A stretch of 64,000 nt of DNA from Pachysolen tannophilus NRRL Y-2460 (taxonomy: Eukaryota), in NCBI GenBank assembly GCA_001661245.1, contig KV454016.1, positions 165,868-229,867 of the forward strand. Direction: 5' to 3'. Numbering within the stretch: position 1 is the first letter of the stretch; every line of letters begins with the position of its first letter. Shown in pieces: positions 60,638 to 64,000 of the stretch. The translations under genes were made by a program, and so were the position numbers. The notes under the pieces are model-generated. The model saw nothing but the letters and a program-made list of their open reading frames with translations. It made no database searches and was not told the DNA's origin.

Positions 60638-61099
60638 CCCCAAATATCTTGGAACTTGCAATAGAAAAGAAACAAAAACAAAATGAAATACTTTATCCAA
60701 TTACTACTACCACTACTACTATTATACTAAACTTCTTAAAAACATATCTAGTTAGCATTTTATTTCACTAGTAGTAATAAACCATACCAGCAAAAACAAA
60801 GCAGCCCCAATAATTTACATTCCCTAAATAAACAGCCCTTAAATCAATAGAAAAAAAATAAAAAAAAACACAAAATTAAACGTGTCAACAGAGAAAAAAA
60901 ATAAATGACAGAAAAATAGTCGTTCTCAAAGTATCAAAAAATAGTTTGTGTTATTGAATTTGAATTTGGATTTTTGGTGGTGGGTTTGGTCTACAAGGTC
61001 TACAAGGACTTTTTTTCTTTTTTTCTGCTAATACTGTTTATATTAAATATATTAAATATTTAATAATATCACGATTTAGTGTGATATCAAACAGTAATC

Positions 61100-62706
61100 A
61101 TGTCTTCTTCGTCGGATATATTGGATGTATTGAATATCACAAAAGATGAACATCTGGCTAATAAGGTTACGAGGAAAAATCAGCTTTCTGTTAAGAATAA
61201 TAAGAAAGCAAGACGTAAGTTAATTTTTTTTTCTTGTTCTTTTCTTTTAACGTTATACTGACAAAATGATTTGTAGAAAATGGTATGAATCGTGAATTGT
61301 TTAACTTGATTGGGTCGAATATTCCTCCTGTTATGTTGACGAATAAAAAAAGTAATAAGTTTAAGCAGAGATTGAATTCGAATAATAAGCCAACACCTTG
61401 GACATGGTGTGAATTTAAAAATAATGCAAGAGGTGATAATTTGAAGTTATATCATTGGGTTAAAGGCTCTGCTGATTTGAATAAAGACAAAGTTTATATT
61501 TTTGAAAAATTTAATAGTCATTTAGTTCTTCCAAAAATTGAAAGTGAAAGTGATTATAACGAAAAAAATTTACAAGATGATGATTGGAGTTATGAAGAAA
61601 CCAAATATTTATTTGAATTATGTAGTGATTATGATTTAAGATGGATTGTAATTCATGATAGGTATCAATTTGATGATAGAAGTATTGAGGATTTGAAAGA
61701 AAGATTTTATAAAGTATCTGAAAAACTTTTAAGTTCATCAGATATAATACCAGATGAAAAAACTAGAAATATAATTAATTCATTACAATCATTTGATAAA
61801 CAAAAAGAAATTGAAAGAAAAGAATATTTAGTTAAATTGTTGAAAAGAAGTCCAGCTGAAATTGCTGAAGAAGAAAGTTTGGTGATAGAATCAAGAAAAT
61901 TCGAATTAGCTGCTAAAAAAATGCTTACAGAAAGAGCTTCGTTATTAAGAATATTAGATTCTCCACAGGCAACAGCTTCAATACAACAGTATCAAACTTC
62001 ACATGGCTTAACACAATTATATAATGCTTTAATGATTAGCGATAAGCACAAGAAGCGCAAGGTTGAAACTCCAATTCCCCCTCAAATACCGCCTGCTGCT
62101 GCGACTCCTTCTGCACTCATAGCGGAAGCTCAAGCCCAAAATAAACAACAACAACAACAACAACAACTACAACAACAACAGCAACAGCAGCAGCTGCAAT
62201 TACAACAAGCTCATGGCCACCACCATCATCATAAAATGTCCCAATCTGGTTCACAACAACAACAACAACAACAACTATCGCAGCAACTGTCACCGCAACT
62301 GTCACAACAACAGCAGAAGAGAAAATTTTCAGTCAGTTCGTTATTGCCTCCTGAAAAGCAACATAAGAAAAATTCAAATTCACAAATTGCAAATTTATTA
62401 GCAAAAAAATTGACACCAGAAGAACAAATGTTATATGGCATAAGCTATCACTCAGAAAAATTGACTCCCGGTGTTTCATTAAGGTCAGCAAAGATTACTT
62501 CGTTTAGGCCAGCTGTTCAAACAAGAATTAATAGTGTCTTGAATGAATTGGGTATTGCACCAAAACCAACAATACCAACTGCTAAGGTTTGTGAAAAGTT
62601 TGAAATTTTATTACACACCATTAATTTATTATTAGATGCAAAGAGGCAAACTGATAAATTGGAAACAGAAATAAAAATAATTGCGTCACAAAGGCAAAAG
62701 CAATAA
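61100..62706 (+). CDS. SWC4: SWR1/NuA4 subunit (DMAP1 family); exons 61100-61214 and 61277-62706
   Basis: MSSSSDILDVLNI exon 1, GTAAGT at 61215, TACTGAC branch, TAG ending 61276; GMNRELFNL, SANT WSYEETKYLFELC…DLRW. Confidence 0.93.
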
Positions 62707-63009
62707 TTTTTTAAAGAAACATATTTATATATGTATAATTGTATAATAATGAAGTTTTAAGTGGATGATTTCTATTGTATTTTCAAGTTTGATTTGTAAA
62801 AATAAAATTAATATATGCATTTATATAGACAAAGAAGTAAAGTAAAAACTGGAAATTAAAAACAAAAAGTTACAATGTCAGTTTTAAAGTGTTGAATAAA
62901 TAACAAAAGCAGCTGCAACTACAGCTTATGGAAGTAAAGTTTAGTTAAATATAAGGCAACTAAAACCAAAAATTAATAAAAAAAAAAAAAAATGCAAAAA
63001 AAAGTCTGT

Positions 63010-64000
63010 TTAATTAATAATCAAATCAGTATTGTCTTTATTACTTTCAATGCTAAGTCCATTCTCATTTGCTAAATGTAACAAACAAATAAAACAAAAA
63101 CTCGTTGATAAATCTGAGCGTTCTTCTTTTGAATATTTCCCACTTAGTTCGTGAACAACCTCTGTAAATCTCAACGGGCTTTTTGAATCTGGATTAATAT
63201 TCAGCTTCTCAACACCGTATTTCAAATGATCATTTTCATCTCCAGTAACCGAAGTCAGTGAATGGTCAGGAGTTACGAAAGAACTACTGCCACCAAGTTC
63301 ACCATTATCTGTATTTATTTTTAATTTTTTTATTTTGTTAAAAGCATCCCATAAATTTTCTTTCAATAACTTGACGTCAACTCTTTTAGCAATTCTTGCA
63401 AAATTTATCGTATTTGGTCGGAACTTTGTTTGTGAAGTTATCAATTGAGAACCATAACCTAGATTGAGATTTATATTGTTTTCTGCAACGTTAAAATTGT
63501 CATTATCAGGTGCTGCATTGATGTCAAAATCGGGCCCTCCTGAATTTACAAGTCCAATGCTATTACTATAATGATCATCAAATGATTGGTGAATCTCTTG
63601 AATATCTTGTTGAATAATATCGTTTATTCTGCTATGTCTTGATATTGAGTTATTGGGGAGTTGTTTATCTCTTTGTTCATACTTATCAGCATAATAATTT
63701 TTATCTATTGGTTGATTTTCATCATCATCATCATTATCTCCATAGCCGTCATTATTGAAATTTTCTCCGTAACTCCTTTGTTGTAAAACTTTTTTCTTAG
63801 TTTTAAATAGTGATGTGTTTATTAATCGAGAAGGTTTTAAAGAAAGATAGATAAAGTTTTTGGTTGTAAAATTTTGATCATCAGGTAATAAATGGTTAGT
63901 TTCTGATATCCACTGGGTCCTAGGTAATAACGTATTTTCATCCTGTTTAAATAAATTTTTCTCATTAGTGACATTGTTTGACAAGAAGTCGATCTTGAAC
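63010..64000 (-). CDS. BRN1: Condensin kleisin subunit, C-terminal part (gene runs off the window)
   Basis: LLPDDQNF, FARIAKRVDVKLLKENLW, STSFCFICLLHLANENGL. Confidence 0.9.
   Translation of the reverse strand, partial: FKIDFLSNNVTNEKNLFKQDENTLLPRTQWISETNHLLPDDQNFTTKNFIYLSLKPSRLINTSLFKTKKKVLQQRSYGENFNNDGYGDNDDDDENQPIDKNYYADKYEQRDKQLPNNSISRHSRINDIIQQDIQEIHQSFDDHYSNSIGLVNSGGPDFDINAAPDNDNFNVAENNINLNLGYGSQLITSQTKFRPNTINFARIAKRVDVKLLKENLWDAFNKIKKLKINTDNGELGGSSSFVTPDHSLTSVTGDENDHLKYGVEKLNINPDSKSPLRFTEVVHELSGKYSKEERSDLSTSFCFICLLHLANENGLSIESNKDNTDLIIN

Noticed and set aside
1..64000. CRISPR arrays, rRNA genes, intact retrotransposons
   Set aside because: No repeat-spacer arrays, rRNA-like sequence, LTR pairs or gag/pol ORFs seen.

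Overview
This is a gene-dense, very AT-rich budding-yeast (Saccharomycotina) nuclear chromosome segment. It holds about 29 protein genes (seven with short GT-AG introns), three tRNA genes and one assembly gap. The key feature is a tRNA at 51964-52035 (-) with an alanine body (G3:U70, A73, short variable loop) but a CAG anticodon. CTG codons at Ala-conserved positions in BCS1, HOC1, ETR1 and glycogenin agree with it, so this genome reads CUG as Ala. That code is known from the Pachysolen/Nakazawaea clade, so the supplied standard-code translations are probably wrong at CTG. Directly beside the tRNA is a 6.2-kb gene-free block. It is flanked by orthologues of S. cerevisiae CEN3/CEN14-linked genes (LEU2, NFS1, RLP7, PET8, MRPL32, CDC10) on one side and CEN7-linked genes (CUL3, SWC4) on the other, making it a strong candidate regional centromere. 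Other points: an orphan gene split by a -1 frame change at in-frame A_AAA_AAG/A_AAA_AAC heptamers, an ancestral a2-Mcm1 element upstream of STE6, and several motif arrays in promoters. Gene names come from remembered family motifs and synteny, not database searches.
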